Shown here: one piece after another, positions 20,964 to 30,776 of the stretch
Numbering within the stretch: position 1 is the stretch's first letter
Layout of the letters: every line of letters begins with the position of its first letter
Assembly: GCA_040219255.1 (NCBI GenBank)
Contig: JAVJSW010000037.1
Span: forward strand, 188,422 to 252,421
Direction of reading: 5' to 3'
From: Sumerlaeia bacterium
GTDB lineage: Bacteria > Sumerlaeota > Sumerlaeia > SLMS01 > JAHLLQ01
DNA: 64,000 nt
Made by a program: the position numbers and the translations under genes
The notes under the pieces: generated by a model
Databases searched by the model: none
Told to the model about the DNA's origin: nothing
Seen by the model: the letters and a program-made list of their open reading frames with translations, nothing else

Positions 20964-21740
20964 ATGACGGAGATGCCTTCCCCCAAACCGCACCGCGCTT
21001 CATCCCGCCGCAGCCGCGCCACTTCCGGTCGCGGCGCGAGCACGGGCGCGCGGCCTGGCGGGGAGCCGGCCTATCGCAAACTCAGTTTTCAGGACATCAA
21101 GAGCGACGGGGAGGTCCTGGCCCTGATCGAAGGGGCGGATCGCTCGTTGGCCGCCATGGGATTCACCGATCACGGCCTGCGGCACATCGCGCGGGTCGCC
21201 ACCCGGGCGATGAAAATCGGCAAGGACTTGGACCTGACGCCGGACGAGCTGCGCCTGACAGGGATTTCCGCTTATCTGCATGACATCGGCAACGCGGTGC
21301 ATCGCGTCGGCCACGCGCAATCGAGTGCCATCATGGCGTTTACGCTGTTGCGCGAGCGAGGCATGGACCCGGCTGACATCGCAATCGTCATGGGGGCCAT
21401 CGGCAACCACGACGAAGGCGTCGGCGAACCGGTGAACAACCCCGGCGCGGCGCTTATTCTAGCGGATAAGAGCGATGTGCTGCGCAGCCGGGTTCGCAGC
21501 GAACGGCCGCTGGTGACGCGCGACATCCACGACCGGGTGAACTTCGCGGCGACGGACTCGCGCATCGACGTCAACAGCGAGGACCGGCTCATCACGCTTC
21601 GGCTCGAGATCGATACGAACGTGTCGCCGGTGATGGATTATTTCGAGATTTTCCTGGGCCGCATGTCGATGTGCCGGCGGGCCGCGAACTTTCTCAACTG
21701 CGATTTCCGTCTCGTGATCAACGGGACCACACTTTTGTAA
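20964..21740 (+). CDS. HD-domain phosphohydrolase
   Basis: GFTDHGLRH, YLHDIGN, GNHDE, ILADKSD, DIHDRVN and YFEIFL.RM. Confidence 0.88.
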   Translation: MTEMPSPKPHRASSRRSRATSGRGASTGARPGGEPAYRKLSFQDIKSDGEVLALIEGADRSLAAMGFTDHGLRHIARVATRAMKIGKDLDLTPDELRLTGISAYLHDIGNAVHRVGHAQSSAIMAFTLLRERGMDPADIAIVMGAIGNHDEGVGEPVNNPGAALILADKSDVLRSRVRSERPLVTRDIHDRVNFAATDSRIDVNSEDRLITLRLEIDTNVSPVMDYFEIFLGRMSMCRRAANFLNCDFRLVINGTTLL

Positions 21741-21800
21741 AAAGACCACGATGGCTGGAACGATGCCATTGGCTTTCACCATGGAACAAAGGGACGAACG

Positions 21801-24545
21801 ATGAACAAGGTTCTCAACGGGCGATTGATTTTTGTCCTGATCGTCACGGCACTGTCGCTCTGGATGGTGTACCCGACATTCAATTACTTCATGTTTGTCC
21901 GGGGCATGAGCGAGACGCCGACGGACGCGGAGCTGGAGCAGCAGCGCGAGTTGCTCGATGGCGCCCGCACCATCAACCTCGGTCTGGACTTGCGCGGCGG
22001 CGTCGACTTCCTCATCGCCGTCGATACGGACGCGCTGATGGAGGAGAACCTTCAGAACGCGGCCGATCTGCTTCGCAACGATCTGGCTTCGGATGAAGTG
22101 GACGCCTCTCTCTCGGTGGACCGGGAAGCCCGCACGATCACCATCGAGTTGGCCGATGCGACCCGCGACCGTAACTTCGCCATGGGGATTCTGGAGGAGC
22201 GCGAAGGCACCTTCAACGTCGTCGAGAATTTCGGCGAAACCGGCCGGGCGGTCGTTCGCCTGGCGGAGGAGCGTTCCCAATCGGACCTGAACGACGCGGT
22301 GGACGCCTCGCTGGAGACGATCAAGCGGCGCGTGGACGAGTACGGCCTGACCCAGCCGGAAGTGGTGAAGCAAGGCCGCGACCGCATTCGTGTCAAGATC
22401 CCCGGTGAAACCGATCCGGAACGCATTCGCGAAAACCTTCTCAAAGAAGCGCAGCTCGAGTTCCGTCTGCTGCACCCCCAGCACGATCAACTGATCAGTG
22501 AGTTCGTCGATCCCGATGGCACGGTGAGGGATGAGTACCTGACCCAGGTGGAAGTCGAGGGCATCGGCGGCAACACGATGAAGACCACGCTGGTGGACTT
22601 TGTGCCGGGTGTGCCCCCGGGCTATGAGCTGTTCCTCGGCAAAGACACCCGGACGGACTCGCAGTCGGGTGAAAAGATCGTGACGGAGAACCTGGGCTAT
22701 CTGCTCAAGGCCCGGCCCGAACTGACCGGCAAGAACCTTCGTCAAGCCTCCGCCATTACGGACCCCAACGATCTTCAGGATCCGATCAAAGTCTCGATCG
22801 CCTTCGACGCGGAAGGCGCGGACAAGTTTTTCGAGACGACGCAGGATCATCAGGGCGAGCGCTTCGCCATCGTTCTCGACGATTTGGTGTTCAGCGCCCC
22901 GCGGATCAACGAGCCGATCCCGAACGGCCGGGCGGAAATCAGTGGCGGCTTCAGCCAGCAGGACGCGCGCGACCTCGCGCTGGTGCTGAAAGCGGGCGCC
23001 CTGCCGGCCCCGCTCAAGGTCATCAACCAGCAGGCGGTCGGCGCCAGCCTGGGCGCGGATTCGGTACGCGATTCGGGCCGGGCGCTGCTGATCGGCGCGG
23101 TGGCCCTTGTATTCTTATTGATCGCGATTTATCGCGTGGCCGGTGTCATGGCCGTTCTCGCCATGCTGCTGAACGTGCTGCTGATTCTGGCCATTTTGTC
23201 GATGGCCGATGCCACGCTGACCCTGTCCGGGATCGGCGGTATCCTGCTGACGATGGGCATGGCGGTGGACGCGAACGTTCTGATTTACGAGCGTCTGCGC
23301 GAGGAACTGGAGGATGGCAAACCGATGCGGGCCGCCATCAACGCGGCCTTCGGCAAAGCCTTCTCGGTGATCCTCGACTCGAATATCACCACGCTGCTTC
23401 CCGCTCTCGTGCTGATCCTCTTCGAAGTCGTCGAAGGCTCGGTGAAGGGATTCTGGACGGCGCTGGCGATCGGTCTGATCGTGAACCTTTACACTGGCCT
23501 TACGGTGACCCGCGCGCTGGTGGACGGCTATGTCGCCAAGACGAAGAAGTTCAATGTGGGCCGGTGGCGTCCCTTCGCGAAGGCGAACTACGATTTCATG
23601 GGCTGGCGTAAACTCGGCTATCCGATTTCCGGCGCTCTGCTCCTGATTTCGGTGATTTACGTCGGTCTACATGGAAACAGCATTCTGGGCGTCGATTTCA
23701 CCGGCGGCGTGGTGGCGACGGTCCGATACACCAGTGAAGAGGTCACTCGCGGTGGCTTGGAGGAAAGCCTCGATCAGGAATTCGACGACGTGCGCGTGGT
23801 GCGTGTCTTGAACGAGAACCTCTATCAAGTGACGGTGCCGATAACTGACAATCCAGACACGGGCGAACTGTACGCCACGGAAGAGATTGCTTCGATCATC
23901 GGTGCGCAGCTGAGCGACACGTACGGAGACTCGGTTTCCATCGCGTCCACGGAAGAGGTAGAGGCGCTGCTGGGCAGCGAATTCACCATGACTGCGATTT
24001 TCACGATCCTGGTGGCATCGCTGGTGATTCTCGGCTACATCGCGTTCCGCTTCCGCCCGATCTTCGGCCTGGGTGCCGTGGCGGCCCTGCTGCACGACTT
24101 GATCATCACGCTGGGTCTATTCATCGTGTTTTCGGACCTGGGCTTCGCCGGCAGCATCACTTTGGATATCGTCAGCGCGTTGCTGATCATCCTGGGTTAC
24201 TCAGTGAACGACACGATCGTGGTCTTCGACCGCATTCGTGAGACCATGGGCGAGACCTATGGCAAGCGTATGGGTGAGATCATCAACATCGCGATCAACG
24301 CCACGCTCTCGCGCACCGTGTTCACCTCGGGCACGACGTTGCTGACAGTGCTGGCGATGCTGATCTTCGGCGGCGTCGGGTTGAAGGACTTCTCGCTGGT
24401 GCTGCTGATCGGCATCCTGGCTGGTACCTACTCCTCGATCTTCGTGGCTTCGGCCTTGGTGTACACTTACATCACGAAGAAGGAAAAGAAAGAGGGTCTG
24501 GTGAAGGCCCATGGTACGACAAAGACCGTGAAGGTCGGCGCGTAA
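21801..24545 (+). CDS. secDF: Fused protein translocase subunit SecDF
   Basis: LGLDLRGG, GMAVDANVLIYER, LGVDFTGG, GYSVNDTIVVFDRIRE and GTYSSIFVAS. Confidence 0.96.
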   Translation: MNKVLNGRLIFVLIVTALSLWMVYPTFNYFMFVRGMSETPTDAELEQQRELLDGARTINLGLDLRGGVDFLIAVDTDALMEENLQNAADLLRNDLASDEVDASLSVDREARTITIELADATRDRNFAMGILEEREGTFNVVENFGETGRAVVRLAEERSQSDLNDAVDASLETIKRRVDEYGLTQPEVVKQGRDRIRVKIPGETDPERIRENLLKEAQLEFRLLHPQHDQLISEFVDPDGTVRDEYLTQVEVEGIGGNTMKTTLVDFVPGVPPGYELFLGKDTRTDSQSGEKIVTENLGYLLKARPELTGKNLRQASAITDPNDLQDPIKVSIAFDAEGADKFFETTQDHQGERFAIVLDDLVFSAPRINEPIPNGRAEISGGFSQQDARDLALVLKAGALPAPLKVINQQAVGASLGADSVRDSGRALLIGAVALVFLLIAIYRVAGVMAVLAMLLNVLLILAILSMADATLTLSGIGGILLTMGMAVDANVLIYERLREELEDGKPMRAAINAAFGKAFSVILDSNITTLLPALVLILFEVVEGSVKGFWTALAIGLIVNLYTGLTVTRALVDGYVAKTKKFNVGRWRPFAKANYDFMGWRKLGYPISGALLLISVIYVGLHGNSILGVDFTGGVVATVRYTSEEVTRGGLEESLDQEFDDVRVVRVLNENLYQVTVPITDNPDTGELYATEEIASIIGAQLSDTYGDSVSIASTEEVEALLGSEFTMTAIFTILVASLVILGYIAFRFRPIFGLGAVAALLHDLIITLGLFIVFSDLGFAGSITLDIVSALLIILGYSVNDTIVVFDRIRETMGETYGKRMGEIINIAINATLSRTVFTSGTTLLTVLAMLIFGGVGLKDFSLVLLIGILAGTYSSIFVASALVYTYITKKEKKEGLVKAHGTTKTVKVGA

Positions 24546-24660
24546 AGAGCCCGCCGCCTTTCGATTCAGTCCAAATCGCGCCTTGCCCCCGCTTTGGTGG
24601 CGGGCGCTTGTTTTTTCTCGCTTCGCGCGAATGCAGCTTACCGTATAGGAACGGAATATC

Positions 24661-25671
24661 ATGTCTGACATGAAAATGTACTACGAGAAGGACGCAGACA
24701 TGAGCGTCCTGCAGGGCAAGACCATCGCCGTCATCGGCTATGGCAGCCAGGGCCACGCGCAGAGCCAAAACATGCGCGACCATGGTCTGAAGGTCATCAT
24801 CGGCCAGCGCCCCGGCAAGACCTTCGATAAGGCCAAGGCCGACGGTTTCGAGGTCTATTCCGCCGCGGAAGCCGCCGCCAAGGCCGACATCATCCAGATC
24901 ACCCTGCCCGACCACACGCAGGGCGACGTGTATAAGGCCGACATCGAACCGAATCTTTCCGCAGGCAAGGCCCTGGTGTTCAGTCACGGCTTCAACATCC
25001 ACTTCGACGCCATCAAGCCCCCGGCCAACGTGGACGTGTATATGGTCGCGCCGAAGGGCCCGGGCCACCTGGTCCGCAGTGTGTACACGGAAGGCGGCGG
25101 CGTGCCCTGCCTGATCGCCATTCACCAGGACGCCACCGGCGAGGCCCGCGCCCGCGCGCTGGCCCACGCCTGCGGCGTCGGCGGTGGCCGCGCCGGCATT
25201 ATCGAAACGACGTTCAAGGAAGAGACCGAGACGGACCTTTTCGGAGAGCAGACGATCCTGTGCGGCGGCACGAGCGAAATGATCAAGGCCGCTTTCGACA
25301 CCCTCGTCGAGGCTGGCTACGCGCCGGAAATGGCGTACTTCGAGTGCCTTCATGAGCTGAAGCTGATCGTGGACCTGATCTACAAGCACGGCATCACGGG
25401 CATGCGCTACTCGATCAGCGACACGGCGGAATACGGCGACTACACGCGGGGCCCGCGCCTGGTGACGGCGGAAACGCGCAAGGAACTGAAGAAGATCCTG
25501 AGCGAAATCCAGAGCGGCGAATTCGCCCGCGAATGGCTCGCCGAAAACAAGAACGGCCGCGGCAATTTCGAGCGTATGCGCAAGGAAAACGCCGAGCACC
25601 TCAGCGAAGACGTGGGCAAGAAACTGCGCGGCATGATGGGCTGGCTGAACACCGGCGGTCCGAAACTCTAG
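24661..25671 (+). CDS. ilvC: Ketol-acid reductoisomerase
   Basis: [31 protein letters not shown] and ISDTAEYG. Confidence 0.97.
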   Translation: MSDMKMYYEKDADMSVLQGKTIAVIGYGSQGHAQSQNMRDHGLKVIIGQRPGKTFDKAKADGFEVYSAAEAAAKADIIQITLPDHTQGDVYKADIEPNLSAGKALVFSHGFNIHFDAIKPPANVDVYMVAPKGPGHLVRSVYTEGGGVPCLIAIHQDATGEARARALAHACGVGGGRAGIIETTFKEETETDLFGEQTILCGGTSEMIKAAFDTLVEAGYAPEMAYFECLHELKLIVDLIYKHGITGMRYSISDTAEYGDYTRGPRLVTAETRKELKKILSEIQSGEFAREWLAENKNGRGNFERMRKENAEHLSEDVGKKLRGMMGWLNTGGPKL

Positions 25672-25677
25672 GCCACG

Positions 25678-26202
25678 CTAGCCGTACAACTTCTCAATCT
25701 CGACCCGCACAGCCTCGACCGCATCGAAGGGCGCTTCTCCACCGCGTGAGAAGCGCCCTTCGATTTGGTAAGCCATCGCTTCCAGCGGGCAGCCGAAGTA
25801 GCCACCCTGCATCACGCCGACGCCGTAGGCGTGGAAGAAGGGGGTCAGGCCCATGATTTCGTACTGAACGACATGGATCAGTTCGTGAAAATGCAGACCC
25901 TCATCGCGCTCGCGGTGGGGACGGATGAAGTATGTCTCGCCAAAGGTGATGGCGCTGAACTGGTCCGGAAAGCGGCGGATGACGGGCGTGTTGCGGGGAA
26001 AAGGCAGGACTGGCAAGTCATCGGTGATGACGGCGTAGGAGCGCTCCAGGAGGTCCTGCGGAAAGTAGCGATCAAGCCTTGGGAATTCAAAGGAGGCGAC
26101 ACTGCGGGCTTCGGACTTATGCTTGGCGACGCTGCGCGCCGCCCAACCGGCCACGATGGGTACGAGTGGGCGCAGGGCCCATGGCATGAGAGGTGGATTC
26201 AA
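25678..26202 (-). CDS. Hypothetical protein with an HExxH zinc-metalloprotease-like motif
   Basis: AITFG..YF..LHFHELIHVVQY..Y..LEAMAY; 4-bp overlap with the alaS stop. Confidence 0.7.
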   Translation of the reverse strand: MNPPLMPWALRPLVPIVAGWAARSVAKHKSEARSVASFEFPRLDRYFPQDLLERSYAVITDDLPVLPFPRNTPVIRRFPDQFSAITFGETYFIRPHRERDEGLHFHELIHVVQYEIMGLTPFFHAYGVGVMQGGYFGCPLEAMAYQIEGRFSRGGEAPFDAVEAVRVEIEKLYG

Positions 26203-28964
26203 AGCGCCGCGATCAGTTCCGGCGCGTTCTTTTGGACTTCATCGAGTTTCTCCACATCCTTTGCGCCGCCCTGGGCGAAGTCCGGCTTGCCGCCACCCTT
26301 GCCACCGAGAGGTTGGAGGATGGCATTGATGGCTTTCCCGGCGGGGTATTTCCGCTGGGCATCTTTCCCAACGGCGATGGCGACGCCGATCTTACCATCG
26401 GTCTCCGCCAGGATCACCGCGATGCCGTCGGCACCGATTTTCTCTTGCAGGTTCGATGCCAAGGTGCGGATTTCGTTGCCCGCCATGCCGTCCATGCGAG
26501 CCACCGCCACTCGGGCGCCGTCGATGGATTTGGCCTGCTCGGCCACGGATCCCAGGTTCGACGCCGCCCCCTTTTGGCGCTCTTTGGCCAGGTCTTTCTG
26601 CAACTGTTTCACCTGAGCGGAGAGCGTTTCGACGCGCTCGACCAGGCCCGATCCCTTGGCCGCGAGACTCGATTGCAGCGGCTGGACAATGTCGTACTGA
26701 TCGGCGATTTCCTGCTGCACGGCGGCTTCGCCGGTTACCGCTTCGATACGGCGCACGCCCGAGGCCACGCTGCCTTCGCTGACGATGCGGAACCGGCCGG
26801 CGCGGGCGGTGCTGGGCAGATGGGTGCCACCACAGAACTCGATGCTGGGATTGGCTTCGCCGTTACCCATGGTGACGACGCGGACACTGGGGCCGTACTT
26901 CTCGCCGAAGACGGCGATGGCGCCCTTCTTCTTCGCTTCCTCCAGTGGAAGTACCTCGGTGCTGACGCGCAAGTCCTCAAGGATCAGGCGGTTGACTTCC
27001 GCCTGGACCTTGCGCAGGACGTCGGACGGGATGGCTTCCGGCTGGGTGAAATCGAAGCGCAGGTAGTCGGGCCCACAGTAGGAACCGGCCTGCGTCACAT
27101 GGTCGCCGACGAACTTCTTCAGCGCCGCCTGCAGCAAGTGGGTCGTCGAGTGATTCCGCGCCACGGACAGGCGCCGCAGGCGATCGACCTTCGCCATGAT
27201 GGCATCACCGGCCGAAATCGTGCCGCTTTCCATGCGGCCAAAGTGGGCAAAGACGCCCTCCGATTTCTGCGTGTCGGACACGTCGAAAACGCTGCCCTGG
27301 GCCGTTTCGATCACGCCGGTGTCGCCCACCTGGCCGCCGGATTCAGCGTAGAATGGCGTACGGTCCAGGACGATCAAGCCTTCCTGGCCTTCCGCGAGCG
27401 ACGGTACCGGCTTGCCGTCGGCGATGAGGGTGATCACTTTGGCCTGCTCGGGCTCGAGGTCGTGGGCGTAGCCGACGAATTCCGTGGGGCCCTTCTCGCG
27501 GGCGAGTTTCTGCACTGCTTCCATGGAGACGTTCAGTTCGGCGCCGCGCCAGGACTTCTTGCCGCGTTCCTTCTGCTCTTGCAGGGCGCGCTTGTAGCCC
27601 TCGCGGTCCACCGAGATGCCGGCGTCGCCGGCGATTTCCACCGTCAGATCGACGGGGAAGCCGAAGGTGTCGTAGAGTTCAAAGGCTTCGGCGCCCTCGA
27701 TGGTCTTGCTGGGGCGCTTGCGCGCTTCGTCCAGAACCTTGTCGAGGAGCTTCATGCCGCGGTTGCGCACGCGCAGGAAGGCTTCTTCCTCGCGGGTCAG
27801 GGTTCGCCGAATGAAGTCGGCCTGGGCTTTCAGCTCGGGGTAAACATCGCCGAAGGTCTCGATCACAGGATCGACCAGCCCACCCATAAAGGCCGCGTCC
27901 TGGCCCAGCAGCGACGCGAAGCGCAGGGCCCGGCGTTGAATGCGCCGCAAAACGTAGCCGCGGCCTTCGTTGCTCGGAATCATCTTTTCGGCGTAGCAGA
28001 AGCACAGCGCGCGGACGTGGTCGGCGATGGCGTTCACGCCGAGGCGGGTGCGGACGACGTCTTCCGACGGGTTCGGTTCGTCGATCAGTTTGACGTAGTT
28101 TGCGCCGATGGCCTGGCTGGTGGCGGTGACAATGGGCCAGAGCAGGTCTGTCTCGTAGGGTGTCGCCGCCTGGCCGCGGAGCCACATCATGGCGGTGGTC
28201 ATGCGTTCGAGGCCGGCGCCCGTGTCGATGCCGCGGTTTTTCAGGATGGGGCGGCTGCCGTCGCGCTGCTGGTCAAACTGAGGGAAGACCATGTTCCAGA
28301 TTTCCAGGAACAGATCGCCTTCCTCGTCGATGCGGCGGGCGAGGGTTGCGTAGTAGTCGTCGCTTTTGGCGAGGGCGTCCTGGATTTCCTTCAGTTCGGC
28401 TTCGCTGCCCATGAAGAAGCAGAGTTCCGAGCAGGGACCGCAGGCGCCGGTGTCGCCCGCCGGACCCCAGAAGTTCTGCTTCGCATCGAGCCGCACCGGC
28501 GTATAGCAGCAGTCCGTTTCTTCCTTCCAAAGGCCTTCCGCTTCATCGTCGTCCTCGAAGATGGTCGGGAAGAGGCGTTCCTTGGGCAGGCCCATGCGAT
28601 CGGTGACAAAGGTCCAGGCCCAGCGGATGGCTTCGCGCTTGAAATAATCGCCGAAGCTGAAGTTGCCGAGCATTTCGAAGAACGTGTGGTGGCGGAGCGT
28701 CTTGCCGACGTTTTCCAGGTCCGAGCCTTTGCCGCCGGCGCGCAGGCATTTTTGCACGGTCGTGGCGCGGGTGTAGGGCAGGGGGTCGATCTGGCCGTCG
28801 TAGAAGCGCTTGAACTGGACCATGCCTGCGCTGGTGAAGAGCATCGTCGGGTCGTCGGGCGGGATCAGGGGCGACGACGACACTATGGTGTGCGGATGGG
28901 TGGGGATGCTCTTGAAGTAGTCCAGGTAGGCTTGGCGTAGTTCGTTGCCGGAGGAAAAGCTCAT
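26199..28964 (-). CDS. alaS: Alanine--tRNA ligase
   Basis: DPTMLFTSAGMVQFK, HHTFFEMLGNFSFGDYFK, IDTGAGLER, NHSTTHLL, EFCGGTH and GGGKPDFAQGG; start at MSFSSGNE (28964). Confidence 0.98.
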   Translation of the reverse strand: MSFSSGNELRQAYLDYFKSIPTHPHTIVSSSPLIPPDDPTMLFTSAGMVQFKRFYDGQIDPLPYTRATTVQKCLRAGGKGSDLENVGKTLRHHTFFEMLGNFSFGDYFKREAIRWAWTFVTDRMGLPKERLFPTIFEDDDEAEGLWKEETDCCYTPVRLDAKQNFWGPAGDTGACGPCSELCFFMGSEAELKEIQDALAKSDDYYATLARRIDEEGDLFLEIWNMVFPQFDQQRDGSRPILKNRGIDTGAGLERMTTAMMWLRGQAATPYETDLLWPIVTATSQAIGANYVKLIDEPNPSEDVVRTRLGVNAIADHVRALCFCYAEKMIPSNEGRGYVLRRIQRRALRFASLLGQDAAFMGGLVDPVIETFGDVYPELKAQADFIRRTLTREEEAFLRVRNRGMKLLDKVLDEARKRPSKTIEGAEAFELYDTFGFPVDLTVEIAGDAGISVDREGYKRALQEQKERGKKSWRGAELNVSMEAVQKLAREKGPTEFVGYAHDLEPEQAKVITLIADGKPVPSLAEGQEGLIVLDRTPFYAESGGQVGDTGVIETAQGSVFDVSDTQKSEGVFAHFGRMESGTISAGDAIMAKVDRLRRLSVARNHSTTHLLQAALKKFVGDHVTQAGSYCGPDYLRFDFTQPEAIPSDVLRKVQAEVNRLILEDLRVSTEVLPLEEAKKKGAIAVFGEKYGPSVRVVTMGNGEANPSIEFCGGTHLPSTARAGRFRIVSEGSVASGVRRIEAVTGEAAVQQEIADQYDIVQPLQSSLAAKGSGLVERVETLSAQVKQLQKDLAKERQKGAASNLGSVAEQAKSIDGARVAVARMDGMAGNEIRTLASNLQEKIGADGIAVILAETDGKIGVAIAVGKDAQRKYPAGKAINAILQPLGGKGGGKPDFAQGGAKDVEKLDEVQKNAPELIAAL

Positions 28965-29234
28965 GGCGCGCGTCTCAGACGTTTCGGGTTGGAAATCGAG
29001 GCCGGGAGCGTTCCCGGCGGGGGAGGGGTTTGTCGCCTTGGCGGGGGCGGCATCGCAAGAGCAAAGGAGGCGGGGGGCAATCGGATGGCGGCTATCCACT
29101 TAACTGACACACATCGGACCGGTCCAAAAAATTTTACGACTTGCCGTTTTGCTCGTCTTTTCAGAATTAGACCGGTAAAAGCTGGACGCTCACGATCAGC
29201 CTGATCCCAAAGACTCCCGAAAGGTTTTCCAATC

Positions 29235-30554
29235 ATGTCTTTTCCCAACAAAGACTTCCTGACGCGGCGCGTGGCGCCGTTGGCGTTGCTGATGACGCCG
29301 CTGCTGGCGATGCCGGCTTTTGCCCAGGACGAGGTCCCAACGCTCGACACCGGTGACACGGCCTGGATGCTGATTTCCTGCGCCCTGGTGCTACTGATGG
29401 TGCCCGGCCTGGCGCTGTTCTACGGCGGCATGGTGCGCCGCAAGAACGTGCTGAGCAGCATGATGCACAGCTTTGTGTCGCTCGGCGTCTCCACGATCCA
29501 CTGGGTCGTCGTCGGGTACTCACTGGCCTTCGGGTCGAGCATCGGCGGTCTGTTCGGCAATCCGATGGACAAGTTCCTCCTGATCGGTATCACGCCGGAC
29601 ACGCTGGCGGGCAGCTATCCCGAACTCGTTTTCGTCATGTTCCAGGGCATGTTCGCCATCATCACCCCAGCGCTGATCAGCGGTGCCCTGGCGGAACGCG
29701 TGAAGCTGCGCAGCTACATCGTGTTCATTCTGCTGTGGAACACGTTTGTGTATTGCCCGCTGGCCCACTGGGTCTGGGGTGGCGGTTGGCTCACGGGCGA
29801 CGCGCTGGATTTCGCCGGTGGCACGGTCGTTCACCTGTCGTCGGGTATCTCGGCATTGATGCTGGCGTTGCTGCTGGGCAAGCGCCTGACCTATCCCTCG
29901 CGCGAGTTCATCCCGCATAACCTGACGATGACGCTGCTGGGCGCGGGTCTGCTGTGGTTTGGCTGGTTCGGCTTCAACGCGGGCAGCGCGTTGGCGGCCA
30001 GCTCGAGCGCCGGTCTGGCCTTGGCGACGACCCATGTGGCGGCGGCGGCGGGCATTATCGGCTGGCTTTTTGCCGAGCGTCTCCACGCAGGCCACGCGTC
30101 CGCCCTAGGCGCGGCCTCCGGCCTGGTTGCGGGCTTGGTGGGAGTGACCCCGGCGGCGGGCTTTGTCGAGCCCTGGGCCGCCATGATTATCGGCGTCACC
30201 ACCGGCGCGTTCTGCTACGGCGGCGTGCTGCTCAAGGGCAAGCTGGGCTACGACGACTCGCTGGATGCCTTCGGTGTCCACGGCATCGGCGGCGCCTGGG
30301 GCGCCATCGCCACAGGCATTTTCGCCACCGTCGGCGCCAGCAGCCTGATCCACACGCAAGAAGGCGGCATCAGCGGCGTGGCCCAATTCACGCACCAGAT
30401 CGTTGGCGTGGCGGCGGCGGGTGCCTTCGCGGCGGTCGTCACGGTGATCCTCTACTTCGCCATCAAAGCCGTGATGGGCTTCCGGGTGGACGAAAACGCC
30501 GAAATGGCCGGCCTGGACCAAAGCGAACACGGCGAAGTGGGTTATACGCTGTAA
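29235..30554 (+). CDS. amtB: Ammonium transporter
   Basis: PGLALFYGGMVRRKN, FQGMFAIITPAL, DFAGGTVVH, GWFGFNAGS and DDSLDAFGVHG. Confidence 0.97.
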   Translation: MSFPNKDFLTRRVAPLALLMTPLLAMPAFAQDEVPTLDTGDTAWMLISCALVLLMVPGLALFYGGMVRRKNVLSSMMHSFVSLGVSTIHWVVVGYSLAFGSSIGGLFGNPMDKFLLIGITPDTLAGSYPELVFVMFQGMFAIITPALISGALAERVKLRSYIVFILLWNTFVYCPLAHWVWGGGWLTGDALDFAGGTVVHLSSGISALMLALLLGKRLTYPSREFIPHNLTMTLLGAGLLWFGWFGFNAGSALAASSSAGLALATTHVAAAAGIIGWLFAERLHAGHASALGAASGLVAGLVGVTPAAGFVEPWAAMIIGVTTGAFCYGGVLLKGKLGYDDSLDAFGVHGIGGAWGAIATGIFATVGASSLIHTQEGGISGVAQFTHQIVGVAAAGAFAAVVTVILYFAIKAVMGFRVDENAEMAGLDQSEHGEVGYTL

Positions 30555-30584
30555 AGCCTGCGGAACCAGGATTCCACAAGAACG

Positions 30585-30623
30585 AAAGGCCGCGCGGAGC
30601 AGATGTTCCGCGCGGCCTTTTTT
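30585..30623. terminator. Bidirectional terminator between amtB and icd
   Basis: AAAGGCCGCGCGGAGCA-GA-TGTTCCGCGCGGCCTTTTTT. Confidence 0.85.
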
Positions 30624-30627
30624 CTGT

Positions 30628-30772
30628 GTAGCACGGCGCGTCCCGCCCGTGCCCCGCGGCGATTTGTGATGAGATGTGGCTGGATGTCTTCGGCCTTTGA
30701 GAGCCGCGCTCCAATAGTGGAAAACCGGCGCGGGAGGAGGCTGGCCAGTCACGGGCGGGACGCCCGTGGTAC
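30628..30772. repeat. GTAG-type REP doublet (REPIN-like)
   Basis: GTAGCACGGCGCGTCCCGCCCGTG (30628-30651) and inverted CACGGGCGGGACGCCCGTGGTAC (30750-30772); each arm is itself an imperfect palindrome; spacer about 98 bp. Confidence 0.8.
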
Positions 30773-30776
30773 CTTC

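Noticed and set aside
24549-24617. Hairpin plus T-run between secDF and ilvC as an attenuator
   Set aside because: No Ile/Leu/Val-rich leader peptide or T-box motif; the loop is long, so at most a weak secDF terminator.
26193-28940. 915-aa ORF antisense to alaS (similar shadows over icd, pyk, ilvC, addB and the amylases)
   Set aside because: Same high-GC antisense artefact; the sense genes carry the conserved motifs.
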